Positions 8,229 to 19,317 of a stretch of 64,000 nt of DNA are shown here, in pieces. Where the stretch lies: the sequence record LC739536.1; one strand, given 5' to 3'. The DNA comes from Escherichia phage phiWec187. The number at the start of each line of letters is the position of its first letter. Position 1 is the stretch's first letter. The notes under the pieces were generated by a model. That model was not told the origin of the DNA. It made no database searches and saw only the letters and a list, made by a program, of their open reading frames with translations. The translations under genes and the position numbers were made by a program.

Positions 8229-10208
8229 TTGTTAGAAATTAACACTTCCAAGATTAAGAATACAGTAACGTTTACTGTAGATAAAGACAGTTTAAAAAAT
8301 ACTAAAGACGCAATTAAAAACCTTAAAACTTTTACAGAATCTATTGAACCATCTTTAAATATGACTAAAATGCGTCGTCAATTTAAAAGTATGGAAGAGT
8401 ATGCTAAAAGAATAAGGCAGCAAATGTCAGGTCTTGGCGGCGGTAATCCTCCACCAATCCCACCAACCGGAGGTTCAAGCGGTGGTGGAAAAGGAGGAAG
8501 TGGTAGAGGTGGTTCTGGATCTTCTGGAGGACGTAAAACACCAGAGGAAAGAGCCGCAGAAGCCGCCGCTAAACGTGCAGCACTTGCTAATATGAAGCAA
8601 GACGATTTTAGTTTTAAAGCTATGCCTTTTACAAAAGCAGACAGCAGAATTCTAGAAAAATCTAAAAAGATTGTAGAAGAAACTGTTGAACTTTATCGTA
8701 AAGGTGTAATCACTAGCCAACAAATGAATAATACTTTGGCTAGACAGTTAGAAGAACTACGAAGATCTCATAAAGAGAAGAATGCACAACTTCTTGATGA
8801 AGAGAGAGCTAGACGCAGAATTGCCCGTCTGCAAGAAGCAGAAGATAAAAGAAGACAGCGTATCCGAGAAAGAGAAAGAAAGGATTTCGAACGTCAGCAA
8901 AGAAGAGAAAAAGAAGCAAGACAACGCGACAGACAACGTAAGCTATCTGGTGTAGGTAATGCTGCTATTGCTCTTAACCCTGCTATGTTTGGTGCTGCTC
9001 TTTTAGGTGCTGGTTTATATCAAGGTATAAGTAAAATTTCCGAAGGTATTACTGCATCGGCAGAGCGTGTTAATATGGTTAGTAGAGGTGGTCAGAACGT
9101 ACAGGTAAACCCTAACGCAATCTTAACAATGCGTACTTGGGGTGAAATGAACGGTGTAGACTCTGCTAGTATTATTAAAGCTATTGATAACCTTAAAGAC
9201 GTTCGTGAACGTTTAGGTAACACTGTACTCCACTCTGAATTTGATGAAAAATCAGGTAAATGGAAAGGTGGAGATAGTGGTATTAATGAAATCATGAACC
9301 AATTTGGTTGGACAAAAGAAGATGTTGCTAAATTCCAGAATAGACCTTTAGACTTTGTTCAAGCACTTGTTAATGAAGGTCAAAAAAGAGGAATGAACTC
9401 TGCGCAAATTGGTCGTCTGATGGAAAACCTTGGTGATGACTTAATGCACTACCAACGTATGTTTTTGGATAATGGTAAAGAGTTTATGGAAGTCCTGAGA
9501 ATGTTAAGTAATTCAGGTGCAACTCTTAACGACGAAAACATCCAAGCAGCACAAGATTTTGTTAAGCTAAGAGCACAAATTAATGCAGCAGGAGAAGGTT
9601 TTACCAATAACTTACTTGTAGGTTTTATGGATGGTTTAAAATCTGCACCAGATTTTGCAGAGAATATGAAAACTTTCCAAGAGGCTGCTCGTGGTCTTGG
9701 TGAAATGTCTGGTAGTATTGTAAGTAGCCTTGCAAAAATTGCAAAATATTTCCTTGATTTTTCAAATAAGGTTGGGCCAAAAAATAATACTAAAGAAGCT
9801 GTAAGAGATTATTATAATGGTACGCAGTATGGGTACGATGCACAGGTTGGTGGTAATCCTTGGGCTTATTGGCCTATTGGAAGAGATCAACATCTACCTG
9901 AAAATCAACCTTTAGGTAACTTTGATAGTAGTTTCTTAACTAGTGCCTTAAATCCAAGTGCTTCTAGTATTGGTTACAATAGACCTGATTTAACAGCATC
10001 TATGCTAACACCACGCCAAGGTGTTCCAGTACCGTTAAGTGTAGAGAATACAGTTGTTATCCCAGACAACGCATTCCAGATTAATGTTATTCCAGATGGT
10101 TATGGTTTTAGTAATTATCTAGATGCGACAATGAATACCAGTTTTAGTAACTTCTCACAAGGTTTAACTCTTCAGTTAAGCAGTGGACAATCTTCTACTG
10201 GTGGTTAA
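8229..10208 (+). CDS. tail tape measure protein
   Basis: 659 aa; Gly/Ser-rich linker, charged coiled-coil (RRRIARLQEAEDKRRQRIRERERK...), hydrophobic segment (AAIALNPAMFGAALLGAGLY); position after the chaperone pair. Confidence 0.7.
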   Translation: MLEINTSKIKNTVTFTVDKDSLKNTKDAIKNLKTFTESIEPSLNMTKMRRQFKSMEEYAKRIRQQMSGLGGGNPPPIPPTGGSSGGGKGGSGRGGSGSSGGRKTPEERAAEAAAKRAALANMKQDDFSFKAMPFTKADSRILEKSKKIVEETVELYRKGVITSQQMNNTLARQLEELRRSHKEKNAQLLDEERARRRIARLQEAEDKRRQRIRERERKDFERQQRREKEARQRDRQRKLSGVGNAAIALNPAMFGAALLGAGLYQGISKISEGITASAERVNMVSRGGQNVQVNPNAILTMRTWGEMNGVDSASIIKAIDNLKDVRERLGNTVLHSEFDEKSGKWKGGDSGINEIMNQFGWTKEDVAKFQNRPLDFVQALVNEGQKRGMNSAQIGRLMENLGDDLMHYQRMFLDNGKEFMEVLRMLSNSGATLNDENIQAAQDFVKLRAQINAAGEGFTNNLLVGFMDGLKSAPDFAENMKTFQEAARGLGEMSGSIVSSLAKIAKYFLDFSNKVGPKNNTKEAVRDYYNGTQYGYDAQVGGNPWAYWPIGRDQHLPENQPLGNFDSSFLTSALNPSASSIGYNRPDLTASMLTPRQGVPVPLSVENTVVIPDNAFQINVIPDGYGFSNYLDATMNTSFSNFSQGLTLQLSSGQSSTGG

Positions 10209-10214
10209 TGCATA

Positions 10215-10243
10215 AAGCCTCGCTTCGGCGGGGCTTTTTATTT
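10215..10243 (+). terminator. rho-independent terminator after tape measure gene
   Basis: stem aagcctcgc / gcggggctt with ttcg loop, then tttatttg. Confidence 0.6.
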
Positions 10244-10246
10244 GTC

Positions 10247-10276
10247 TTGACAAAGAGTTGTTTTTCGTGATAAAAT
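10247..10276 (+). promoter_or_regulatory. sigma70-like promoter with extended -10 (TTGACA ... TGaTAAAAT)
   Basis: ttgaca at 10247-10252; tg at 10268-10269 and taaaat at 10271-10276; immediately after a terminator and upstream of the 10324 gene. Confidence 0.4.
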
Positions 10277-10323
10277 GAGTGATAAGGGAGAATGTTTCTT
10301 ATCACATTAAGAGGTAAAATTAT

Positions 10324-11040
10324 ATGGCAGCAAACACTCCAGAACAACACGTTCAAGCGGTTTATAAAGCGGAACAAGAAATAAATTCTACAAAAAACAC
10401 AAATAACTCTGCCTCTACTGTGAAAGGGGAGAATGGTTTTTGTATTTTAGCAAGTGTTTACAATAGTGCAAGTGATCAATATATTCAAAACTACCAAGCT
10501 ATAGTTTTTGATGCTGTTCCAAATATCGGTGTAAAACGTCAAGCTGATGTTACGAGCTATCCTGTAGAAAATGGTGCTAATGTATCGGATCACGTTCAAG
10601 TTAAAAATAATACTTTCTCTTTATCAGGAATGATTACAGAGACACCTGTAAGATTGATGCGAGATATGCTATATAGTGCTGGTGTTAACGGTACTCGTAT
10701 CAGTCAAGCAATTACTTACTTAGATAAAATATTTGATCAAAGACAGCCTATCATTTTAATAACAGAACATAAGGTGTATGAGAATGTTATTTTGAAAGGC
10801 ATATCATATGAATATCAAACAGAGTATGCAATGCAATTTGACTTGGAATTTGAACAAGTAAGATTAGTTTCTTACGGAGAAACCAACGCTATTGCACTTA
10901 AGACTCAACCAAATAAAAACACAGGTGTTAAGAACAAAACAAACGCAACAGGTAGCAAACCAGATGCTGATTTGAACAAACGAGCAGGACAAGCAACAGG
11001 CACTGAACATTTGAGTAATGACAGTCCAGATGGTAAGTAA
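10324..11040 (+). CDS. hypothetical tail/baseplate protein
   Basis: gene order downstream of tape measure. Confidence 0.3.
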   Translation: MAANTPEQHVQAVYKAEQEINSTKNTNNSASTVKGENGFCILASVYNSASDQYIQNYQAIVFDAVPNIGVKRQADVTSYPVENGANVSDHVQVKNNTFSLSGMITETPVRLMRDMLYSAGVNGTRISQAITYLDKIFDQRQPIILITEHKVYENVILKGISYEYQTEYAMQFDLEFEQVRLVSYGETNAIALKTQPNKNTGVKNKTNATGSKPDADLNKRAGQATGTEHLSNDSPDGK

Positions 11041-11054
11041 TAAGGAGTAATATT

Positions 11055-11474
11055 TTGGCTATTTCATCTTATTCAAGAGTAAGTAGAAGCACTTCAAATA
11101 GCGGATATAACGCGGTATTTATTGATCAAAAGTTAGGTTATTCTTCTTGGTACTTACCTACAGAACAGTACCCAGATCAAACATATACAGTAACTCTCGA
11201 TGGAGTAGATTATGATATACGTTTGAGATGGAATACAAGAGATCAAGCGTGGCAAATGCAATTAGGATTATCAGGAGACAATCCTAGTGTAACTTTTAAA
11301 GTAACCAATGGTTTAGATCTTCTAGAACCATATAAGTATATAGAATCTGTGCCGGATGGTCAACTTTATTTGGTAGATACTGTTAAAATAAACGGTAGAC
11401 CTAATTACTATGACACAGGTGTAGATAAAAGATTTGCTTTGGTTTATATCGACGCTCTTCCATATCAAGCATGA
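11055..11474 (+). CDS. hypothetical tail/baseplate protein
   Basis: gene order. Confidence 0.3.
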   Translation: MAISSYSRVSRSTSNSGYNAVFIDQKLGYSSWYLPTEQYPDQTYTVTLDGVDYDIRLRWNTRDQAWQMQLGLSGDNPSVTFKVTNGLDLLEPYKYIESVPDGQLYLVDTVKINGRPNYYDTGVDKRFALVYIDALPYQA

Positions 11475-11490
11475 TAAAAGGAGTTTTTAA

Positions 11491-12501
11491 ATGGCAGAAG
11501 AAAGAAATTACACAAAAGCTCCTGCACCAAATCTAAACAGAGCATACAAACTGTTAATAGGTACAGCTACTAATACTAAAGAAAAAAGGACAAAAAATTC
11601 CTCTTTCAAATCTACAGTAGACTTAGATACTAAACTAGGGGATGCTAAAAAATCAACCCCTAATTTGTATGTTATTACGGAGCACCAAATATCTTTCACA
11701 ATAAGAAAAGATAATAATAAAGATCCTAATCAAGCCGAGATAACTATTTATAACCTAAGTGATGATACTGTTAATTATATTAACAAGGGTATTCGTAACA
11801 ACTTGGCTGTTGCTTTAGCGGTAGGTTATGAAGGTCAAGAGTTAATTATGATCTTTAAGGGAACGGTGCAATGGGTGAGTGATACCTTTAACAATACAGA
11901 CAGACGTACAGTGTTACATTGTCTGGATGGTGGTATTAACATCTCCGAAGCAAGGACAAGCAGAAGTTATCCGAAAGGTACAAAAGTAAGTAAGGTTGTT
12001 AAAGATTTAGTTAAAGATTTAGGTACTACAGAAGGTAATATTCACGTAGACACAGAGAAAACTTTATCATCTGCAACAGCTATGTGTGGGAACACATCAC
12101 ATTACTTAGAAAGTATCTGTAAAGGTATTGATCATAATGTGTCAATACAAGACGGATCTGTTTACGTAACACCAAGATCACAAATGTCTAGCGCAAGATG
12201 CGCATATATTAGTGCAGAAACAGGTTTAATTGGTAGTCCAGAACCTTTCCACAACGATATTAAACCGACACAAAAAGTAACTAAATCTTCTAAGAAAGCT
12301 AAAAAGCCTACAGATGGTGTTAAGTTCAGATGTGAGATGAACGGTGCTATCCTACCAGAAAAAACTGTTTGGCTCAAGAGCCATAACTACGATGGTGGTT
12401 TTAAGGTAGTATCTGTTGTTCATACAGGAGATAGGGAAGGTAAAGACTGGACAACTGAAGTAGAGTCTGTATCTGTATCTGCAATTATTAAGAAGGGCTA
12501 G
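11491..12501 (+). CDS. hypothetical tail/baseplate protein (possibly hub)
   Basis: 336 aa; gene order upstream of spike. Confidence 0.3.
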   Translation: MAEERNYTKAPAPNLNRAYKLLIGTATNTKEKRTKNSSFKSTVDLDTKLGDAKKSTPNLYVITEHQISFTIRKDNNKDPNQAEITIYNLSDDTVNYINKGIRNNLAVALAVGYEGQELIMIFKGTVQWVSDTFNNTDRRTVLHCLDGGINISEARTSRSYPKGTKVSKVVKDLVKDLGTTEGNIHVDTEKTLSSATAMCGNTSHYLESICKGIDHNVSIQDGSVYVTPRSQMSSARCAYISAETGLIGSPEPFHNDIKPTQKVTKSSKKAKKPTDGVKFRCEMNGAILPEKTVWLKSHNYDGGFKVVSVVHTGDREGKDWTTEVESVSVSAIIKKG

Positions 12502-12503
12502 AA

Positions 12504-13241
12504 ATGGATGCTTTAAATTTTGTAACAGCAATCCGTGGATTAATCAACGAGCAAGTTGCGGAAGTACATACATCTTTACCTGTAAGGGTAATTGGTGTAG
12601 ATTATGGATCTAAGACAGTAACTTTAGAATCTATCGTAAAAAATACCAGATCTACTGAAGATGAAATAGATTACCCAACATTCCACGATGTTCCTTTTAT
12701 GGTAAATGGTGGCGGTACAGGTAGAATTTCATTCCCAATCAAAGCAGGAGATATTGGTGTTGTTGTCTTTTCAGAAAGAGATCCGTCGAATGCTTTCCAG
12801 ACAGACGGAGATACAGCCAGCAGCGGAACATTAATTCAACCTTGTGGTTTGTATCCAGCCTGTTTTATTCCTAAGATAGCAACAGCTACAGATTCTTCAG
12901 AAGAAGTAGACTCTGAAAAAGTTGTTATCTCAAATAATAAGCAAACTTACGCTTCGTTTGATCCTAACGGTAATATATCTGTGTACAACACACAAGGTAT
13001 GAAAATAGATATGACACCAAACAGTATCGTCCTTACCGATGCAGGAGGGGGAAAACTTACACTGCAAGGTGGAACTATGACATATAAAGGTGGTACTGTA
13101 AATTTAAACGGTTTAACAATCACACCTGACGGTCGTATGACAGATAGTGGTGGCATTGGTTTACACACACATACACACCCTGTACGCGGTGTTGAAACTG
13201 GTGGTGGCACTGTTACTTCCGACAAACCAAATGGAGGTTAA
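12504..13241 (+). CDS. baseplate central spike protein (gpV-like) with His-rich apex
   Basis: 245 aa; C-terminal HTHTHP motif and Gly-rich tip resemble metal-binding spike apex domains; position in baseplate block. Confidence 0.45.
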   Translation: MDALNFVTAIRGLINEQVAEVHTSLPVRVIGVDYGSKTVTLESIVKNTRSTEDEIDYPTFHDVPFMVNGGGTGRISFPIKAGDIGVVVFSERDPSNAFQTDGDTASSGTLIQPCGLYPACFIPKIATATDSSEEVDSEKVVISNNKQTYASFDPNGNISVYNTQGMKIDMTPNSIVLTDAGGGKLTLQGGTMTYKGGTVNLNGLTITPDGRMTDSGGIGLHTHTHPVRGVETGGGTVTSDKPNGG

Positions 13242-13244
13242 CAG

Positions 13245-13880
13245 ATGGGAATACCATTTGATTTAAAACTTGATGGTTCTAACGATTTAGTAATGGTGGA
13301 TGGTGATTTAACACTAACCACAACTAAAAGTGAAATTGCAGCACAGACGCTTGGAATAACACTTAGAACTTTCCGTGGAGAATGGTTCCTCAACTCTAAT
13401 TTTGGGGTTCCATATCTGCAAGAGATTATTGGTGTTGCCAAGAAGAAAGAGATTGTTGATCGCATTTTCTTATCAACTATCGCAAGTAATGTTTATATAG
13501 ATAATATTAATTCCTACACATCCTCTTATGATAGAGATGATAGGTATTACTCAATGAACGTTACTGTTACAGTTGGTGAACAAGTTGTTAGTGCTCTATT
13601 CAGTACACAGCCGTCTGAAGAATATATCTATCCAGAAGCTGGTGACGATAATGCAGCAATCACTTGTGAAGCATTTGAAATTGTTGAATCTGCAAATAGA
13701 CTCTATCGCTTTATTAACATTGTTGGTCTTCCTAAAGATACTTATTCTACTTGGTGGAATGAGTGGTCTAACGAGGCATTGATTGAAAAATACCTTGTTA
13801 ACGAAGCCAATAAAGGTCTTGCAACCAATTACAACTATACTATAACAGCAACAATGGGAGCTACAAATAATAATGGCTGA
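13245..13880 (+). CDS. hypothetical baseplate protein
   Basis: gene order; translationally coupled to neighbours. Confidence 0.3.
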   Translation: MGIPFDLKLDGSNDLVMVDGDLTLTTTKSEIAAQTLGITLRTFRGEWFLNSNFGVPYLQEIIGVAKKKEIVDRIFLSTIASNVYIDNINSYTSSYDRDDRYYSMNVTVTVGEQVVSALFSTQPSEEYIYPEAGDDNAAITCEAFEIVESANRLYRFINIVGLPKDTYSTWWNEWSNEALIEKYLVNEANKGLATNYNYTITATMGATNNNG

Positions 13881-14346
13881 TTTAACTACAATCAAGGTGT
13901 CTGATCTACCTGTAACAACATCTGTTTCAGACACAGATTATTTTGTAACAGATCAATCAGGCATCACTAAGAAAACATCATTACGTGTTCTTCTTGCGGG
14001 TGCTGGTGTTACACGAAATCGTCTTTCTGCAAGGGGTACTGTTACAAACACCCTAGCTTTAGATATTAGCACGGCAGAGTATTTCTCTGCCACTTTATCT
14101 AGTCCAACTTGCAGTATTTCATTTAGTAATGTTCCAGTTACAACTAACATTGTTCAAAACTTTACGCTATCCCTACGTCAAGGCAGTGGAGCAAATAAAG
14201 TAACGTGGCCTCAATCTGTTAAATGGAGTTTTGGTCGCGCTCCTGTTTTGAGTTATAAACAGGGAGCTACAGATATTTTTGAATTTGTTAGTTATGATAA
14301 TGGAGCTACCTGGATAGGTAGTTTAGTGATGGCAGGAGTGATTTAA
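13873..14346 (+). CDS. hypothetical baseplate/tail protein
   Basis: 8-nt overlap with the upstream gene; gene order. Confidence 0.3.
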   Translation: MADLTTIKVSDLPVTTSVSDTDYFVTDQSGITKKTSLRVLLAGAGVTRNRLSARGTVTNTLALDISTAEYFSATLSSPTCSISFSNVPVTTNIVQNFTLSLRQGSGANKVTWPQSVKWSFGRAPVLSYKQGATDIFEFVSYDNGATWIGSLVMAGVI

Positions 14347-17222
14347 TGTCAAGAATTAAGCACAGAATTGACAATGTTTTTCAACTGATCGATGGACATA
14401 TTCAGTTCTTAGATCGTAATACAGGTTTAACTGTAGATCCTACAGTGCAACACTATGTATTAAACCCACAAAACGTTCTAGCTAATAACAGACACTTTAT
14501 AAACTGGACTGCTCAAGAAGGGCAACCAAACGGGGATGCTACAACAGAAGGTCAATCCGTGCTTATTCTTGGTTGCGCTTATGCATACCTAGCTTCCGGC
14601 GATACAAAGTATTTAGACTCTGCTAAAAAATATTGGCAAGCCTATATAGATTACTTCTTTGGTGGTCAACCTATCCCAGATCCGCCAGCAAAGTATCGCC
14701 CTAACTGGATTATTAACGGTAAAGAACCACGTCTTGCACATTATCCTCTTACAGATGATGGCTACCCTACACACGGAGGTTTTAAGGGTAGCTTAATGAC
14801 GTGGACTAACGGTAGAACAGTTATTCCTCATGGTGCTCCGCATTGGGGAGAATACCTTGACAAAGCATGGTTTGCTTTTAATGGTAATCTAGGATGGAAC
14901 TCTGTAAACGCTACAGTTTATGCTGTTAATGCAGATGGTACAACAGATTGGTCTAAGAAGGGAGATCAATGGGATGTTGATTGGATCATTGATCGTCTAG
15001 GACGTAAAGTTGATTGGGATGGAAATATCTTAGAAGAAGGTTTTCCAACATCTCAATACGGAACAGTTCAACTAAAAAATACTTCTGTAAATGGTACATA
15101 TAAATTTAACTATGCGACTTGTAACCCTGTTGAACACGGTGGTTATTTAATGGAGCGTAACACTATGTGGCATAACAGACCAGTTAACGTTCCGGTAGAA
15201 ATGGGCTTTCAGGATAATGCGTCAGATGCCGAAACTTGGTGGTGTGATGCTAATTACCTGATGTACCAAATTACAGGAGAAAGAAAATATTGGTTATGCT
15301 GGCAGTCTTCACTGTTAGTGTGTCAAGATTACTCAAACATTGATATGTTTGATAAATTCTTCCGTAAGTCTACATATGCAACTATTCCGTTTACAGATGG
15401 TATCTCTTACGATTATTCGTATCCATCTACAGCAATACCTAAATATTCAAGAGATACTTTAGGTTATATTGTTATTAGACAAGATGTTGCTGCTCAAACA
15501 ACATTAGAACAGCAATCCATTTGGTTTAAAGTTGATCAGAACTCTAAGTTACGAGTTCAGTTCCAAGGTGTAGATGACGCAGGACATGGTATCCTTTTCC
15601 GTCCAGAATTGAAGCTAAGTAATACCAAAGATGAAAATAACACAGTAACTTACCGTTGTGGCTTACCACTAGGTACAGCTAATATGACAAGCATGGATAT
15701 TCCATTATCCAGCTTTATGAGAAGTACCCCTCCAAATGGTGGAACATATATTATCGCAGATCCGCGAATTATTGTTGACTGGGGTGACAATACTGTGGTA
15801 CAATTTAAGTATGTAACAGGTATTACTGGAACTAATGATGACCAGATTGTTACTGCATCAATGGATACGGATGGTGGTGTCACTGTTGGTTTTTGGTTAA
15901 CCCCTACATCAAAAGCTAATGTTAAGTCTATCACATATAGAACATATGAAGATGACTTTAACATGACTATCACGGATGCTCAAGGTTGGAGATGGTGGGC
16001 TATGCTACCTAAAACGCAAGGAGCATGGAGTACGAAGACTTTATCAGCCTCTGATTTTAAGTTAAGTGCTTACCAGCCTAATCATCCAGAAACAGATCCT
16101 AAACCTTCAGCAATAAATCTTACTGCTGTAGATCAGGTAAATTTAGTTCTCGATACGGCTCCTGTCAATGGTTTAACAGGAACAATAGATTTCTATTGTA
16201 TTAACGATGTGCCTGAAAGATATTCGTCATCTTCTGGTGATGATTATACCATGTACTTCCGTATCACTGTACAGGCTTCAAGTCCTCATACTGCTAAGTT
16301 AGGTGATTGTACTATTATTGACTATAAGTTAAATAGTCTTAATTACACACCAGGAATAATTCCATTCTCTAATATCAGTGACCCAAACACTGCATTGTAT
16401 GATGGCTGGCGTGGTATTCCATACCCAGGATACCAATACCCTTCCTTATACTGTTTTGCAGGTAGAGATATTGATTGGACGCGTTTAAATAACAGTATCA
16501 ATTTCTTGTATGATTCTCAAATGTGGTTTTATAACACATTCGATCCTGTGATGCCTGGGCCTATGGCACAAGCGTATGTGTGGGATCGTTGGGATGCAAG
16601 AAAATACGGTGAACCAAATACGTTCACAATGAAACACTGGAATGAAAAAGCGTGGGATGGTTATGAAGCTCGTGCATTCTACTGTGCTTGTCATGCTGTA
16701 TACGAACTTGTACAAAGAGGAGAAACACCTCCTGAAAAACTAGTAACAGTTTGTAAAAATTGGATCAACTATCTTAAATGGTTCCAAGACAATAATGATG
16801 GAAGAACACCAACTATCTTTAACCCAGATGGTACAGTTCTTGCGCCTATAGATGACTTTACTAGTCATATGTCTGCACTGTTTATGGCGGGTTGTTCAAT
16901 CATGGGCTTGGCAGGTTATGATTCACAAATTCCAAACATTGGTATTGTAGCAGACAGATGTTTTGATCTGATTCAGCAAAACTATATTGTGCTTTCCCCT
17001 AACCATCCGATGAATGGTTCCTGGAGTGTTGCACCACGCCCAGATTCAGATAACGGAATGTTCTTTGGTTTCCATGCTGGAGAACTATTACGTGGTTTTG
17101 GTTTATATGCCTTGTATCGTAAACTAAACCCTCAAAACGCTTTACCAATTTTGGATAATAGTAACATACCAACACTAACTGTTCTAACTATGAATGATAT
17201 TAGTGTTGATGTAACCAAATAA
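14346..17222 (+). CDS. large virion structural protein, Trp/Tyr-rich (possible carbohydrate-interacting domain)
   Basis: 958 aa ORF in the baseplate/fibre region; aromatic-rich composition; no motif I can name with confidence. Confidence 0.3.
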   Translation: MSRIKHRIDNVFQLIDGHIQFLDRNTGLTVDPTVQHYVLNPQNVLANNRHFINWTAQEGQPNGDATTEGQSVLILGCAYAYLASGDTKYLDSAKKYWQAYIDYFFGGQPIPDPPAKYRPNWIINGKEPRLAHYPLTDDGYPTHGGFKGSLMTWTNGRTVIPHGAPHWGEYLDKAWFAFNGNLGWNSVNATVYAVNADGTTDWSKKGDQWDVDWIIDRLGRKVDWDGNILEEGFPTSQYGTVQLKNTSVNGTYKFNYATCNPVEHGGYLMERNTMWHNRPVNVPVEMGFQDNASDAETWWCDANYLMYQITGERKYWLCWQSSLLVCQDYSNIDMFDKFFRKSTYATIPFTDGISYDYSYPSTAIPKYSRDTLGYIVIRQDVAAQTTLEQQSIWFKVDQNSKLRVQFQGVDDAGHGILFRPELKLSNTKDENNTVTYRCGLPLGTANMTSMDIPLSSFMRSTPPNGGTYIIADPRIIVDWGDNTVVQFKYVTGITGTNDDQIVTASMDTDGGVTVGFWLTPTSKANVKSITYRTYEDDFNMTITDAQGWRWWAMLPKTQGAWSTKTLSASDFKLSAYQPNHPETDPKPSAINLTAVDQVNLVLDTAPVNGLTGTIDFYCINDVPERYSSSSGDDYTMYFRITVQASSPHTAKLGDCTIIDYKLNSLNYTPGIIPFSNISDPNTALYDGWRGIPYPGYQYPSLYCFAGRDIDWTRLNNSINFLYDSQMWFYNTFDPVMPGPMAQAYVWDRWDARKYGEPNTFTMKHWNEKAWDGYEARAFYCACHAVYELVQRGETPPEKLVTVCKNWINYLKWFQDNNDGRTPTIFNPDGTVLAPIDDFTSHMSALFMAGCSIMGLAGYDSQIPNIGIVADRCFDLIQQNYIVLSPNHPMNGSWSVAPRPDSDNGMFFGFHAGELLRGFGLYALYRKLNPQNALPILDNSNIPTLTVLTMNDISVDVTK

Positions 17223-17230
17223 GGAAAATA

Positions 17231-19306
17231 ATGAAACAGGCTATTTTTACTGTAACTCGAAATACGAGAGTAAATGCCAGTTCATTCAGCTATAAGACCG
17301 TCGATGGAACGGCGGTCGCTGGTAGAGATTATGTAGCTAAACAGGGAACAGTAACGTTCCCTTCTGATGCAGATTCTGCTACTGTAGTGGTTGATGTATA
17401 TGAACGCCCGGCAAACTCTTTAGATCTTTATTTTACTCTTGAGATTACTAGCATAAGTCAAAATAACATGATGATCAATGAAGAAATTCGTTGTGTTATT
17501 ACGACTAATCAATCGAATACAACCCCGCTAACTTGGCCTGTTGTGAAGTCTAGAATGTTTGATCCTAAGTTTTGGACAATAGATTCTCAAGCAACAGAAA
17601 GTTGTTCTATTATCTCTAATGGTGATTCTTTCACAGCAAGAATGGTTAATAGGACAGTGGCTGGTCTTGCTGGGATTATTTGGTCAACTTACGATAAATA
17701 TGATCACAAAGGATTAGGCTACCAAGAACATTCTGATTTAAGTAAAGAAAAACTTTGGTTTAAAATGGAACTTAGTCAAGGTGTTCCTGGATTAAAAGAA
17801 GAAAAATTAATGCCATCCTTAACAGTGACACTGAAGGATGAAACAGTTCATTATATATCTCTAAACTTTTATGCAGAAGAAGTTTCAGAGGACGGTAAAA
17901 CAGCAATAATCAAATTAGATTTCTCAAATTTAAAATCTGGGCCAGAAAATGATATTGTTGTTGACACTACACAGATAGATAACATGTTCTTCTCCTTGAT
18001 TTCCGCAAGGTATCAAGAAATTGAAGATGTTATACCAGTAGACAATATAGATCTTTCCTTTAAGTTTACCATACTAGAGCCTGATACTGGTTACAGTATG
18101 ATGAATATGGGTAATTTAAATGTTCCGGCGCACACCATAAGAATGTGTACATCTTATGATGATATGTATAACCTAACCCCAGAGCGAGTTATTTCTAACA
18201 CCTATAGATTAGGTTATAGAGATATGATTAACCATTATAATGGTATGTCACACTATTATCAATTTAGTTGGGATGCTGGATCTAATAAATGGGCTTTGAA
18301 CAGAACAGAATATTTAAACCCAGCAACAGAGGCCTGGTTTGATAATTTCCACGCTAATGCAAAAGCTATGGGCTACACAGTAATGAACTCCTTAAGTTTT
18401 GAAATTATGAGTACAGTGTGTCCTGTAGAATGGGTACAACATACTTGGAATGATGATCTGGCTGCTACAGGTTATGAGCCACCAAGTTATGTTTTATCTC
18501 CTTCAATTGATGAAGGGATGAATTATTTACAAGGTGTAATAAATAAGATAGCTTCTATATCCGCTGCTAATGATCTTCCGGTTATTATTCAGGTTGGTGA
18601 ACCGTGGTGGTGGTATAACACAGCTACCAATCTCCCGTGTATTTATGATTATGCAACCAAAGTTGCATTTAATAATGAAACTGGATTATATGCACAAGAT
18701 GTTGGTACAGTTAAGAATTATAAAACTGGTACACCATATGATGAATATTATGCATTCTTATCTAAAACATTAGGACTGCGTGTTGCTAAATTTGCAACAG
18801 ATACTAGATTAGCATATCCTGGAGCAAAAGTTACATTGTTACCATTTGTACCATCCATCTTAGGTAACGGTATGATGGAATTTGTTAACTTCCCTAAAGA
18901 TTATTATATCCCAGAAAACTTTGACTTTTATTGTTCAGAATGTTATGACTGGTTGTTGGAAGGTCAGATGGAAAGATCTTTCGATGCTATCACAATACCT
19001 AATGAACAATTAGGTTTTAGTTATGATAAGATACATTATCTTGCAGGGTTTGTTCCAGATGCAACTCTAGCACCATTATATGGCTTTGATCCTGAATCAG
19101 ACTACAGAACATATTTGTGGAAAATGATTATAGGTAATATTGTATTGAATGACCAGAGGTTTGTTGGTTTGTATCAATACATATGGGCTTATCCACAAAT
19201 TATGGCAGATTCATTAACTGTTCTTAATTCAAAATCCCAAGTTTTTTATATGGGTAACGTACCTCTGAATGTCTTTTTACAAGATACAGTATATGTTTCT
19301 TCTTAA
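17231..19306 (+). CDS. large virion structural protein
   Basis: 691 aa ORF; gene order. Confidence 0.3.
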   Translation: MKQAIFTVTRNTRVNASSFSYKTVDGTAVAGRDYVAKQGTVTFPSDADSATVVVDVYERPANSLDLYFTLEITSISQNNMMINEEIRCVITTNQSNTTPLTWPVVKSRMFDPKFWTIDSQATESCSIISNGDSFTARMVNRTVAGLAGIIWSTYDKYDHKGLGYQEHSDLSKEKLWFKMELSQGVPGLKEEKLMPSLTVTLKDETVHYISLNFYAEEVSEDGKTAIIKLDFSNLKSGPENDIVVDTTQIDNMFFSLISARYQEIEDVIPVDNIDLSFKFTILEPDTGYSMMNMGNLNVPAHTIRMCTSYDDMYNLTPERVISNTYRLGYRDMINHYNGMSHYYQFSWDAGSNKWALNRTEYLNPATEAWFDNFHANAKAMGYTVMNSLSFEIMSTVCPVEWVQHTWNDDLAATGYEPPSYVLSPSIDEGMNYLQGVINKIASISAANDLPVIIQVGEPWWWYNTATNLPCIYDYATKVAFNNETGLYAQDVGTVKNYKTGTPYDEYYAFLSKTLGLRVAKFATDTRLAYPGAKVTLLPFVPSILGNGMMEFVNFPKDYYIPENFDFYCSECYDWLLEGQMERSFDAITIPNEQLGFSYDKIHYLAGFVPDATLAPLYGFDPESDYRTYLWKMIIGNIVLNDQRFVGLYQYIWAYPQIMADSLTVLNSKSQVFYMGNVPLNVFLQDTVYVSS

Positions 19307-19317
19307 GGATCTCTAGT

